Positions 46,767-58,225 of a DNA stretch of 64,000 nucleotides are shown here, piece after piece. Below the pieces are notes generated by a model that was given only the letters and a program-made list of their open reading frames with translations, did no database searches and was not told where the DNA came from. The DNA comes from an uncultured Methanosarcinaceae archaeon (GTDB lineage: Archaea > Halobacteriota > Methanosarcinia > Methanosarcinales > Methanosarcinaceae), in assembly GCA_963727895.1 (NCBI GenBank), contig CAVSHT010000011.1, positions 192,001-256,000 on the forward strand, read 5' to 3'. The position numbers and the translations under genes are program-made. Each line of letters begins with the position of its first letter. Position 1 is the stretch's first letter.

Positions 46767-47519
46767 TTATGCCTCTATTTTTGAAAACAGAATTGCTCCA
46801 ATCATACAGACAAGAATTGAGAGCGAACCTATTATTGCCAAATCGCCATGTATGCCAAATACGCTCATTCCAGCAATGGCACCTCTTAAGCCATCCACTC
46901 CATAAGTAAGTGGATCAATTCTGCTTATAAAATAGATCGCAGATGGCAGGTTGTCAAGGGGGAATAGGGCGCCAGATAGGAAGAATATTGGCATAATCAG
47001 GAAGTTCATAATAAGCTGAAAGCCATGCATATCTGTCATTTTTGCGGCTATGGCAAGTCCAATACCTGTAAAGAAGATAGCTATCAGGAACATAAAAATC
47101 AGTCCTAGTACAAGGCCTGCAATGCTTGGGATTCTGAATCCAAGTAGATAGGTCAGGCTTAGCACGATCAAACCCTGGATCATAGCTATGGATGCGCCTC
47201 CAAGAGTTTTTCCGATCATTATATCTGTCCTTGATATAGGAGCTACCATAGTTTCTTTAAGAAACCCGAATTGTCTGTCCCATATGACCTCAAGTCCAGA
47301 AAATATAGCAGTAAAGAGAATTGACATGGCAACAATACCCGGTGCAAGAAAATCCAGATAGTTTCCCCCTCCACTTGCTTTGGTATACATAGGACCAAAT
47401 CCGAACCCAAATGTCACCAGAAAGAGAATGGGCTGCCCGAGAGAACCCAGCAGCCTGGATTTGGAGCGCCAATAGTGTTTTAGCTGCCTAAGCCAGAGAA
47501 TATAGATTACTTCTATCAA
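46767..47519 (-). CDS. ABC-2 exporter permease
   Basis: DRQFGFLKE, FFLSGALFP, DPLTYGVDGLR. Confidence 0.93.
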   Translation of the reverse strand: MIEVIYILWLRQLKHYWRSKSRLLGSLGQPILFLVTFGFGFGPMYTKASGGGNYLDFLAPGIVAMSILFTAIFSGLEVIWDRQFGFLKETMVAPISRTDIMIGKTLGGASIAMIQGLIVLSLTYLLGFRIPSIAGLVLGLIFMFLIAIFFTGIGLAIAAKMTDMHGFQLIMNFLIMPIFFLSGALFPLDNLPSAIYFISRIDPLTYGVDGLRGAIAGMSVFGIHGDLAIIGSLSILVCMIGAILFSKIEA

Positions 47520-48316
47520 TGCCTGATCCTCCTTCTCATTCCTTTAATCGGTCTCACGTGATTTCCAGACACGTTATCGTCTCTTATGTCTTTACCTGTT
47601 AATTTTAGAAAAGCTTCTTCTAAGGATTCTGTTTCTGTCCGCTTCTTTATTTCTTCTACAGTGCCTGATTCGATAATTTTTCCATGATCAATGATTGCGA
47701 TCTGGTCTGCAACTGCTTCAGCTTCTTCCATGTAATGCGTGGTCAGAAAAATTGTCATACCTTTCTCTTTGTTGAGGTCTTTTATGTGGTCCCATATAGA
47801 GTTTCGAGTCTGAGGATCAAGGCCTACCGTAGGTTCATCAAGAAATAGTATCTTTGGGTAATGAACAAGTGAACGCGCAATCTCAAGCCTGCGCTTCATA
47901 CCACCTGAAAAATTTTTAACATAGTCTTCTCGCCTGTCCCAGAGCCCGACAATTTCTAGAGCTTTCTGAATTCTTTCTTCTCTTTCTGTTTTAGGCACTT
48001 TGTAGATGACTGCATGATAAACGATGTTTTCGTAAGCTGTCAGCTCGTCATCAAGGCTGTGGTCCTGAAAGACTATCCCAAAAGATGCACGAGCTTTATC
48101 CTGTTCTTTGAGTGCATTGAAACCGTTAATGCTTATTTCCCCTGATGTTGGTTTCAGGACTGTTGTAAGCATTTTGATGGTTGTGGATTTGCCTGCTCCA
48201 TTTGGACCAAGAAAAGCAAAGATCGAGCCTGTTTCAACGTTAAAGCTGATATTTTTTACAGCCGTAAAATCATCAAATTTCTTTGTTAGAGATTGAACTG
48301 AGAGTATATTCTGCAT
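47516..48316 (-). CDS. ABC exporter ATP-binding subunit (DrrA-like)
   Basis: GPNGAGKST, FSGGM, LDEPT, TTHYM. Confidence 0.95.
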   Translation of the reverse strand: MQNILSVQSLTKKFDDFTAVKNISFNVETGSIFAFLGPNGAGKSTTIKMLTTVLKPTSGEISINGFNALKEQDKARASFGIVFQDHSLDDELTAYENIVYHAVIYKVPKTEREERIQKALEIVGLWDRREDYVKNFSGGMKRRLEIARSLVHYPKILFLDEPTVGLDPQTRNSIWDHIKDLNKEKGMTIFLTTHYMEEAEAVADQIAIIDHGKIIESGTVEEIKKRTETESLEEAFLKLTGKDIRDDNVSGNHVRPIKGMRRRIRH

Positions 48317-48576
48317 GGGTAAACCTTAAACGCTTTTTTTTCAATAAGAAAAGGCTGAATTGTAGAATTTCTTTTGCCAAATCTCTTTTATTAGAACTTT
48401 TCCGGTTCAGTCTGGCTTTGGAGAAATTCTCTGAAATTTTTGCAGGAAAGAAGTATTTGTGTTTTATTGTTTTGCGGATTCCGTTATGATTTTTTATTGT
48501 TCTGAGAGGAACAAAGTATACAAATTCATCATAAACCTATATTATAAAATTTATAATAACATTTGTTATTCTGTTC

Positions 48577-48636
48577 TTCAACATTTATCAATTCAACATT
48601 TATCAATTCAACATCTATCAATCCAACATTTATAAA
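48577..48636. repeat. 15-bp tandem repeat x4
   Basis: TTCAACATTTATCAA with variants. Confidence 0.85.
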
Positions 48637-49220
48637 TTTCATTGTACAAATGATCTAATTCTTTCTATATAATCAGTATTTTTTGCTTGAATTTATTGCT
48701 CATATAAATTACATTTCTTTTATAAATCCTCTGCTATATATTTTCTCTTTTTATATGTGCGGTTTGCACCAGAATCTTTTGTAATTCATTGGGACTTTGT
48801 TTCTATTCTATCTGTAAAACTTAGCTTATTATTCATATGTCTAAATTCAGTCTTTATATAGAATCTTATCTTTTTTAAGAGGGAAAGAACTTTAATCTTT
48901 GAGGAAATATTTTAGCGGATATATAACTAGATTGATTTGTTATTCTTGAAATAATGGCTATGTTATATCTTGTATTCTTTATCCACATATCACTAAAATT
49001 TTCGGTTTAATATGTATTTGACCTGTGGTGTTAACCTGTAAGTTCTTTTAATCTGATCGATTTCTATTTAATATATGTTTATTATTATCAGTTAAGACAG
49101 GTTTAATTATAATTTAACTCCAATTTAATATTTTTATTAAACGCATTTACCTTCAATAAATAAAACTATAATCAAAAAATCATAATTCAATATCTTAATC
49201 ATACCCAGGAGCATTAATCA

Positions 49221-50105
49221 ATGAAACGAAAGTGGGAAAGAGATCTGGGACTTCAAGGAAGAATGATTTTCACAATGTTTCTTCTGGCAGCAGTTTATAT
49301 TTTTTTCTTGGTGTTTCTTTCGTACAATGGAACACCACCTGTAGTCATGATGCTTTTTGTAGGCTTTTTCATGGCTATCCAGTATTTTTACTCGGATAAA
49401 CTGGTACTCTGGTCAACTGGAGCACACGTTGTCTCTGAAAGCGAAGCCTCACAACTTCATGGAATGATTACCAGGCTATGTGCAATAGCTGATCTTCCAA
49501 AGCCAAAAGTTGCGATTGTCAGAACCGAGGTTCCAAACGCTTTTGCAACAGGCAGAAACCAGAACAATGCTGTTGTTGCAGTTACAACAGGAATTATGGA
49601 CAAACTCTCTGCAGCCGAGCTCGAGGCAGTTCTTGCTCATGAACTTACTCATATCAAGAATAGGGACATGGCTGTCTTAACAATTGCCAGTTTTATCTCA
49701 ACTCTGGCTTTTTACTTTGTCCGTAACATCCTTTTCTTTGGAAACATGGGAAATGACCGAAAGAAAGAAGGAGGAGGCATTTTACTTGTCTGGTTAGTTT
49801 CAATGGCGGTCTGGGTTATCAGTTTTATACTGATTCGAGCCCTTTCTCGTTACAGGGAATATGCTGCAGATAGAGGTTCAGCTATTATTACCGGACAGCC
49901 ATCTGACCTTGCATCTGCCCTTATGAAAATAAGTGGACTTATGTCCAGGGTTCCGAATGAAGATCTCAGAAAAGTAGAAGGAATGAATGCCTTTTTCATT
50001 ATTCCTGCAATCTCAGGTTCTTCTATAATGAATCTTTTTTCCACTCATCCATCTGTGGAAAAAAGAATAGCCAAACTTGAAAAAATGCAGCAGGAAATGG
50101 CTTAA
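49221..50105 (+). CDS. htpX: Membrane zinc metalloprotease HtpX
   Basis: PNAFATG, HELTH, SRYREYAAD, FSTHP. Confidence 0.96.
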   Translation: MKRKWERDLGLQGRMIFTMFLLAAVYIFFLVFLSYNGTPPVVMMLFVGFFMAIQYFYSDKLVLWSTGAHVVSESEASQLHGMITRLCAIADLPKPKVAIVRTEVPNAFATGRNQNNAVVAVTTGIMDKLSAAELEAVLAHELTHIKNRDMAVLTIASFISTLAFYFVRNILFFGNMGNDRKKEGGGILLVWLVSMAVWVISFILIRALSRYREYAADRGSAIITGQPSDLASALMKISGLMSRVPNEDLRKVEGMNAFFIIPAISGSSIMNLFSTHPSVEKRIAKLEKMQQEMA

Positions 50106-50146
50106 GCGGAAAAAGTTAACAGTATGTAATTAAGAGGAAAAACTAA

Positions 50147-50746
50147 ATGGGTCTTCGGGATTTGATGAATGCAGTCCTCGGGAGTAGCAAGCTTCCGAAG
50201 GCAAAAACTGAAAAGCTCTTTGCAATGTCCACAGCTAGTATAACTCTAGAAAGTGCTCTTGACCTAAAACCGTCAGGAGCTGCAGGAATTTGCTTTAAAC
50301 CAATAAGTGCTTCATCGTACGAATCTGCACGAAAAGAGATTCAGGAGCTTCTGGAATATAGTTCTAAGGAAACAAATACTGAATTCAGGCTTGAAAAAGA
50401 CGAGTTTAACTTCCTGTGGGCTATTTTTAAAGATCCGGATTTCGAAGACCTTATTGCAAATATTCACCTTGTAAGTGAAACCCTTGAAGAACATAGTTTT
50501 GGCGAACAGCTTCTCTGTGCTATTTACAGGTTTGACCGTGAATCCGAAGCCGGAAACTCTGGCACTGGAAAATCTGTTTACTGGATCTACAATTTTAAGC
50601 AGGGAACATATTATCCTTTTGTCCCGCTTTCCGGCAAGCAAAGAGATAACCCTTTCGAATTCAGGTTAAGAGCAGAAATGGAAAAGGAAATGCCAATAGA
50701 AAAAAATGTAGAAAAATGGTATCCTCTATGGGGAATTCCTTTCTAA
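50147..50746 (+). CDS. PspAB-family protein
   Basis: KLFAMSTA, FGEQLLCA, YWIYNFKQGTYYPF, WYPLW; directly downstream of htpX. Confidence 0.8.
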   Translation: MGLRDLMNAVLGSSKLPKAKTEKLFAMSTASITLESALDLKPSGAAGICFKPISASSYESARKEIQELLEYSSKETNTEFRLEKDEFNFLWAIFKDPDFEDLIANIHLVSETLEEHSFGEQLLCAIYRFDRESEAGNSGTGKSVYWIYNFKQGTYYPFVPLSGKQRDNPFEFRLRAEMEKEMPIEKNVEKWYPLWGIPF

Positions 50747-50750
50747 AAAA

Positions 50751-50990
50751 CTTTTATTCTTAACTTTTTATTCTCTTAACCTTTTATTCTCTTAACCTTT
50801 TATTCTCTTAACTTTTATTCTCTTAACCTTTTATTCTCTTAACCTTTTATTCTCTTAACCTTTTATTCTCTTAACCTTTTATTCTCTTAACCTTTTATTC
50901 TCTTAACCTTTTATTCTCTTAAACTGCGCTATTATCTTAACCTTTTATTATCTTAAACTGCGCTATTATCTTAAACTGCGCTATTATCTT
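50751..50990. repeat. Compound tandem repeat: ~16-bp CCTTTTATTCTCTTAA x12 with 18-bp ACTGCGCTATTATCTTAA x3
   Basis: Counted directly; lies between convergent genes. Confidence 0.97.
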
Positions 50991-50998
50991 TACTTTTT

Positions 50999-51968
50999 TC
51001 AATCAAGTTTCAAGTTTAATCCTTTGCTTTTAAGCTCTTCAATCAGCTCTTTTGAGTATTCGGGCACAGATCCAGGTTTTGACGCAATATGAGTCCCAAG
51101 AATACAGGCAATTGAAGCTGCTTTTGAAACGCCATGCCCTGAAAGATAGGTATAAAGAAAACCTGCTGAAAAAGCGTCTCCAGCTCCAACGGTATCTGCA
51201 ACCTCAACAGGAGTAGTTTCTATTTCTTCATAAATTCCTTTATGGTAAACAGCCGCTCCTTTTGGTCCTTTTGTTATGCAAATTACCGAAATTTCAGGAT
51301 ATTTCTCAGAAACAAGGCTGCAAAACGCTTTATAAGTGGAAAGAGATTTGCAAACATCTACTGTACTATAAAGCAGGTCGCAAATAGTTGCAGCCTCCTC
51401 TTCGTTCATTTTTAGAATTGTTGCACGTTTGAGCGAAGAAAGTATCCATTCTTTTTTGTAGTAACCTGTTCTCAGGTTTACATCGTAGAAGAAATGTTTT
51501 GCTTTTATTTCCGAAAATAGCCTTTCGAGGGTTTTTCTGTTTTCTTCAGTTCTCTGGGCAAGGGTTCCAAAGCAGAAACACGTCCCATTCCTCCTCTGAA
51601 AGATCTCTGAACTTCTTTTCATCCGGTGTTATTGCATCCCAGGCAACATCTTCATTAATCGTAAAAACAGGAATTCCTTCAGCCTGTAGTTCGACAGTAA
51701 CAGTACCTGTAGGTCTTTTTTCATCAATTAGTATATAAGAAGTATCAATTCCCATTGCTTCAGCCTTAGCGAGCAGGATTTTTCCGAGATCATCGTTTCC
51801 GACTGCCGTAAGTACAGACGGTCTTGCTCCCAATTTTGCAAGATGAGCTGCAAGATTTAGCGGAGCTCCTCCAAGATGCGCTGAACCCCTGATAATATCA
51901 AAAAGAGCCTCTCCAAAAGTGAGCACTTTAATTTGCTTAATGCGGTCTGAATGAGGATTTTCGTTCAT
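50999..51968 (-). pseudogene. PfkB-family carbohydrate kinase, frameshifted
   Basis: GGAPLN, FGTLAQR, DVNLR, DTVGAGDAF; 1-nt shift near 51575. Confidence 0.9.
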
Positions 51969-52453
51969 TATATGGTATATTGATTCCTGAATGATAATAA
52001 TTTGACTTGCGAATACCAAAGAAGAATTTGAACAAGTTAATAATGAATATTGATAAGTGTATGTTTATTAAACTTGTTTTTCTAGTTATATGAAGAAATA
52101 ATTGCACTCAACCTGTTTTTTTGTTTTTTCTTTATCACAGAATTTAAATATATTGAAAGCGCAGAAGATGCTTCCCACAATTATTCTTTTAACAAAACGA
52201 AATGAAGATTTAAATTAATAAAAAAAGAAAGGTTTTAAGTTAAAAAACTAATTTGAAAGCTTCATAAAAAAATAACTATAAAAAAGTAGATTTTATATAA
52301 TAAAAAACGTTGATGCTTTTTTAATAAATATATGTTTATCAAATAATAATTATTGTTGTGATTTAACTCTTCAGATGATAAGTTTTATAGAGATTCATTC
52401 ACATTTACTTGGAGTTTCATTAATAGGAAGTTTCATTAATAGGACTTGAGATT

Positions 52454-53713
52454 ATGAAAAACAAAATAATTGCATTTGATTTCTTGAGAGCTTTAGCAAT
52501 AGCAATGATTATTCCGGCTCACTTAAGTAACTTTTTGTTTTTTACTCCACTTAAATTAGCACTTTATGCCGTTGACCCTTATGTTGCAAATATGGGATTA
52601 GGGCTTTTTATTTTTATGAGTGGATATTTGTTATATTATAACAATAACTCAATAAAATCATTCCAGAATGTTTTGTCTTTCTACAAAAAAAGGCTCCTCA
52701 GAATTTACCCTCTTTACTGGGCAGCTTTAGCCGCTTTTACACTTGTATTCTACATATTCGCTCCAAATTTGCACTCAGGCTTTTTATTTCCTAACGCTGA
52801 ACATGTATTTACGTTTAGTAATCTAATCATACATGTACTGGGACTACAGATCTTCCTTGCCCCTGCGTATGCATCTCCAATGCTAACACTATATTTTGTA
52901 GGGTTAATTGTTGCCTTTTATGCGATTTACCCGTTCATCATTATGCTTTCAAATAATTCAAAACAGCTTCTACTTTACCCTGCTGTTGTATATCTAGGGT
53001 TTTTGTTAATTTCAAAAGTTTTCAATATTATTGATAATCGCTTTTTTATGTTTTTCCCGACATTTATTTTTGGGATTCTTACCTGTAAAGAAAGTCTATT
53101 TGAAAAGTCAATAACAACGATCATGAAGATTCCTGTTGTTCAGGTACTTCTGGCAGTTTTTCCTGCTATATTTGTAATATTTATTGTTATAGGCTCAAGA
53201 ACAACTCTCCTCCTAAGTCCAGGGGCTTCATTTGTCATTGAGTCTGCAAGTGGGGGAGCTATAGAATCTCACATGGTTGTATCGATGCTAACAAGTGTAG
53301 CTCATTTGATGGGCATGGGTTACGATAACTTAGAATTCATCATTGATTCTGTGATTCTTCTCAATATATTTGTGATAATGTTCTGTGTCCTGGAATATAA
53401 ATTCGCAATGAAATTTATAAATAATAAATTTTCAGATTCTTGGAGTTTTGCCTTTACGTATATAGCCACTGCTTCATATTGTGTTTATCTGTTTCACAGA
53501 CCATTCCTGGCTCTCTGGAACTCCTTAACACACTTTATAGGTAGTCCAATCCTGCATGATGTTATCCTACTAGTTGTAGCCTTGCCTATCCTGCTTATTA
53601 TAGCGTATCGCCTTCAAATCTTTGAATTAAGTGTAAAAAAGTCTATTTCACAGAAAAAAAATTCTCATAATGGACCTTCTGTTAAATGCTCTACAAATGG
53701 TTTCAACAAGTGA
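52454..53713 (+). CDS. Acyltransferase-3 (OafA-like) membrane protein
   Basis: FDFLRALAI..H, FIFMSGY, KKRLLRIYP, SYCVYLFH. Confidence 0.9.
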   Translation: MKNKIIAFDFLRALAIAMIIPAHLSNFLFFTPLKLALYAVDPYVANMGLGLFIFMSGYLLYYNNNSIKSFQNVLSFYKKRLLRIYPLYWAALAAFTLVFYIFAPNLHSGFLFPNAEHVFTFSNLIIHVLGLQIFLAPAYASPMLTLYFVGLIVAFYAIYPFIIMLSNNSKQLLLYPAVVYLGFLLISKVFNIIDNRFFMFFPTFIFGILTCKESLFEKSITTIMKIPVVQVLLAVFPAIFVIFIVIGSRTTLLLSPGASFVIESASGGAIESHMVVSMLTSVAHLMGMGYDNLEFIIDSVILLNIFVIMFCVLEYKFAMKFINNKFSDSWSFAFTYIATASYCVYLFHRPFLALWNSLTHFIGSPILHDVILLVVALPILLIIAYRLQIFELSVKKSISQKKNSHNGPSVKCSTNGFNK

Positions 53714-54000
53714 ACTCGTACTCTTGAAAATACTGTGAAATTTTAAGTTTTAAGGTTAGGACTGCAAATCTCTAAAACAGTGTCAGAGTTTTCAGTTCCA
53801 TAATTTTATTATTGCGTCACTGTTGAGTCTTTTGGTGGTTAGACAAATTTCTCGAAATTCTGTTATGAAAAAGGTTCAAATGAAAATTGCAACTCTGAAA
53901 TCTAAAGAATTACTTTGGGTTTTGAATTAGCTTATTTTTTAATACACAATTTGAAACTCATGAACTTTAGTCAAAATTAGTCAAAAAATCAGAATAAATA

Positions 54001-54134
54001 AAGGATAGAAAGCAATAAGGATAGAAAGCAATAAGGATAGAAAGCAATAAGGATAGAAAGCAATAAGGATAGAAAGCAATAAGGATAGAAAGCAATAAGG
54101 ATAGAAAGCAATAAGGATAGAAAGCAATAAGGAT
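54001..54134. repeat. Perfect 16-bp tandem repeat AAGGATAGAAAGCAAT x8.4
   Basis: Counted directly. Confidence 0.98.
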
Positions 54135-54201
54135 GAACGCAATTTTGGATTCTGAAACTCGAAAATAAAGTGGATTACCAGGATTAACTCTTTATTAAGT
54201 T

Positions 54202-54369
54202 TTAATCCAGAACGCAAATGACTTCGCAAACATGACCGTATAATTCTTTCCAGAGAACAGATTGACTATCAAGAAGCTTTAATCTTTCTTCATAGGCCTT
54301 CCCTTCTTTTTTATTTTCTATCTCGTTGAGCTCATTCACAAGCCTTGTGACTTCTGTTAGGTCACTCAT
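54202..54369 (-). CDS. Small 55-aa protein absent from the ORF track
   Basis: MSDLTEVTRLVNELNEIENKKEGKAYEERLKLLDSQSVLWKELYGHVCEVICVLD*; GAGAAGGA SD-like motif and an upstream TATA-like box. Confidence 0.55.
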   Translation of the reverse strand: MSDLTEVTRLVNELNEIENKKEGKAYEERLKLLDSQSVLWKELYGHVCEVICVLD

Positions 54370-54603
54370 AAGTGATCAGTCCTTCTCAATATTTCATTTT
54401 GTAATTAACTCTTATGTGATATACAATATATTGCAAACAAACTATTTAAAAATAATTAGGAAATGCTTCTTGGAAACTTCAACTTAAAAATATCCCAAAA
54501 CCTTTTTTTCTAAATCATCAGAGTTTTTAGGATCATTTACTCTGATCATATATTCTATGTTCTAATCTCAAACCTTAAACTGGATATTTTGAACTTGAAT
54601 TTT

Positions 54604-57277
54604 TTACTTCAGGACTTCTACAAAGCCTCTCGTGCCATCAACACGGACATACTGACCGTCTTTTAAGATTTTAGTAGCATTTTCTATGCCGACAACAGCC
54701 GGAATACCATATTCCCTTGCAATTACAGAGCCGTGCGTCATCATGCAACCTACCTCCACCACTAGAGCTTCAACGGAATAAAACAGAGGAGTCCAGCCAG
54801 GATCAGTAAAAGGCGCTACTAAAACATCTCCTTTGTTCAACTTTGCTGCTTCGGGTTTGAGTATAACCTTTACGTACCCTTCTGCGACCCCGGCAGAAAC
54901 AGGAGTCCCGATTAAAGCGTTTTTTGGAGCTTCAACATCGCTCCTCACACCCGTAATGACTTCTCCTTCACTGGTCATAACTCTTGGAGGAGTCATCTTT
55001 TGGTACTGTTCGTAGACTTTTTTACGTGAGTTTATAAGCTGTTTCAGGTCTTCATTAAAACGATTTTCTAACAATTCAACCAGTTCCTCTAGATACAAAT
55101 AAAACACATCTTCCTCTCTTTCCAGAACCCCTCGTTGATGTAAATCCCGTGCTTCTACCAGGACAGCCTGTCGATATATCAAAAAATCGAACAACACAAT
55201 ACTTAGGAAATTCACGTAAGCCTGTAGAATTTCGATAAATGAAAAGAAGTCTGGACATAATTTTTGCTTTTAAGTTTCCTACATGAGTAGCGCTAATGCG
55301 TTCCAGAATTTTTTGTATGGCTTCTTGAGCTTCCTTTCTGCCTTGTTTGAACCGGTTTCGATGCTTACCAGTTTCATTGCTTTTTAGATGGCTTATAATG
55401 GATGGAACAAGAAGAGTTGGAGCTTCCCACCATCGAATATTTGAAATGTCGATTTCACCGGGACAGCGCATACCATATAATTCCATGAACCTTTCCAGGT
55501 CGGCACTGAATATATCTCCACCTTTTACTTTACTGAGCCCTTTATAGAAAGTACGGTCTTCTGCTCTTTCCAGATAATCTACCACTTCAGGATATTTTCG
55601 TGCTGTATCAGCCAGATACCCAATCATTAATCCCATATCACCTGTCACATTTCCAGGAGGAGATTTGTTTAACGTGTCAACATCAAGTTCTTTATTCAAC
55701 CATATTTTTGTCAAATGGCTTGCTATGGGAAGAACAATGAATGATAAAGGTATGTACATCATGCTTCTGTTCAGTTCTTGTAGCAAATTCCCCATACTTT
55801 CCTGAACTCTTTTTATTCGCTCTGTTCCTGATGTTTGCATGATACTACGTCTATACTTATCGATAACCTGTTCCATAGGGGATGTGGCTCGCTCAATTAT
55901 GCTTGAGGGATCGAGAAACAGTAAATTGTTAACAATTAACGGGATACCCTTTAGATAGAGCAGGAACATTGGTTTGAGTAATTTGAAAACCTGTTTTGCT
56001 GTACCTTTGTTTGTGTTTGCTTCCTGTTGAAATATTTCACTTGATACTATCTTTTGCCAGAGCATTTCCCATTAATTCATCCAGAATAGTGATTTTCTAG
56101 GTCAAATATCGCCGAAAAAACTTACTGTACAAAAAAGAGGTGACATCGAAAAAAAGTATGCCTCCGGCTTCTACAATTGCTGGGCTGGAACCGGATATAG
56201 AAGTCCTTCCTAAAGGGAAATATGCCTTTAAAAATAGAAATTCCCATAGGTTTCATGGCATCTGTCATCGTCTGCATGTATGCCAGAGAAAAAAATACGT
56301 GAAGTTTACTGTCATATAGTTTAGGAATTGGATAAAGAGTAGTGATAGGTCGGCTTTGTAAGATATAGAACCTGTCCCCTGCCAGGCACCACTCAATATC
56401 CTGTTCCGAGCAGTAGTGCTTTTCTATTTTTTGACCTAGTTGAGCCAGCTTTAAAATCTTATCATCAGAGAGAACTTGCTGTGTTTTGAAGTTCAGGAAC
56501 AAGTTCCTTAGTCACTGTTCCCCCCTCTGTGACTGGATAAATAGCTTTCTTCTTTTCTGCGATTTTCTTTTTGACAATCTGACCCTCGCGGACCTGATAA
56601 GAGTCAGCTGAAACAATTCCTAAAACCAGAGCCTCACCCAATCCAAAGCTGGCATCAATGGAAATAGTATTCCTGTGTCCGGTGACGGGATCCACGGTAA
56701 ACATAAGCCCGGAAACTTCCGGAAATACCATTTGCTGCACTACTACAGACAAATAGACTGAACGGTGATCAAATCCGTTTTTTATACGGTAGAGAATTGC
56801 CCTGTCGGTAAATAGTGAACTCCAGCATTTTTGCACAGCTTGAAGGAGTTGATCTGATCCTTTTACGTTCAAATAAGTTTCTTGCTGACCTGCAAAAGAA
56901 GCAGTAGGCAAGTCTTCGGCTGTAGCACTTGACCGAACGGCATAAGCCTGTTCTTCCCCCACTATTTTCCATGCATCAAGGATAAAAAGTTTAATTGCTT
57001 GAGGTATGAGAACAGTTAATAGATGGTTCTGAATCAGTTTTCCTAGCTTACTAATTTCCTCAGTTTTATCTGGTTTTAACTGGTCAAGCAAATCAAAAAA
57101 TCTGTATATCTCAGAGCTTTCTGCAATAAAATCACGGTAAGCTGATGTTATGATACAAAATCCAGACGGGATAAGAAATCCAGCCTTTCTTATTTCTCCC
57201 AGATTAGCGCCTTTTCCCCCAACTTCAGGCAAATTTGTCCTATCGACTTCATTAAAGTGCATTACATAAACACTCAT
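54604..57277 (-). pseudogene. Rifamycin phosphotransferase-like PEP-synthase-family protein, multiple frameshifts
   Basis: ATP-grasp (VGGKGANL, AVRSSATAED, ILQSRPITT), central SPPGNVT/YGMRCPGEID domain, C-terminal swivel TDPGWTPLF..THGSVIAREYGIP; at least three breaks. Confidence 0.88.
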
Positions 57278-57327
57278 GTTAAATACACCTCAAAAATGAA
57301 ATCTTGATTTTATATTATACGCTTTTA

Positions 57328-58067
57328 GGCATTGATACTTAAACATAGTTATATACTATTAGAAAATATATTTCTTCATGAACTGCCCCAGATGCAATAG
57401 TTCCAGTCACAAAAAGAACGGTATAGTTGGTGGGCGTCAACGCTACAAATGCCATGATTGTGGATATAACTATATAGTAGAGCTAAAATCAACTGCTTTT
57501 TCCGCCTCTGTTAAAAAACAGGCTTTACAACTTTATCTTGAAGGATTGGGCTTTCGTTCAATAGGAAGAGTTTTAGGGGTGAGTCATGTTTCTGTCCAAA
57601 GATGGATCAAGAAATTTGGTCAGGAGTTAGAGAACCTAAAAAGTGAAAATGAGATATCTATTGTTGAAATGGATGAGATGCACACTTACATCGGTAACAA
57701 CAAAAATATTGCTGGATCTGGATTGCTGTTGATAGAGTTGGGAAAAAGTTCATCAACTGCTCTTTTGGTAGCAGAGGAACGGAAACTGGAAAACTACTCT
57801 AGGAATAAATGAAGAAAAAAGAGATTGGAGAAGTGATGACCGATCACTGGAGGGCATATGCAGAGTTTATTCCAGAAAAGATCCATACTCAATCAAAAGC
57901 AGAAACGTATACTGTTGAAGGATATAACAGCATATTGAGGCACTTTCTGGCAAGATTGAGAAGAAAGACAAAGTGTTATACGAAGAGTCTTGAAATGCTA
58001 AAGTACTCGGTTATTCTATTGATGAAATAAAGAAATAAAGAACTAGATATATTTAGTTAACAATACC
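57328..58067 (+). mobile_element. IS1-family element, copy 4 (740 bp)
   Basis: IRs GGCATTGATA.../...TAACAATACC; TSD CGCTTTTA/CGTTTTTA (1 mismatch); insB-frame stops TAG 57800 and TAA 57806. Confidence 0.95.
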
Positions 58068-58225
58068 CGTTTTTATAGTATAGGACTGACGCGGTTGTCT
58101 CTTGGCTAGTACGAAATCGCGACTTAACTAATTTTTTATAATACGATAAAATTAGAAATGTGTTTATGAATCTTATGCAAACAGAAGGCATATAACATAT
58201 CCAATTTGTGTGGTGAGATCTAAAA

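Noticed and set aside
50751..54134. Tandem arrays as CRISPR
   Set aside because: Units are contiguous with no unique spacers, and there are no cas genes in the window
53981..54229. 82-aa hydrophobic ORF
   Set aside because: It is a translation of the 16-bp repeat
36273..57802. In-frame TAG codons in transposases as pyrrolysine read-through
   Set aside because: Each replaces a conserved Trp or Ser by a single substitution and co-occurs with TAA stops, frameshifts or a lost slip site
58081..58092. TAGGACTGACGC, resembling an IS/MITE end
   Set aside because: No partner inverted repeat nearby
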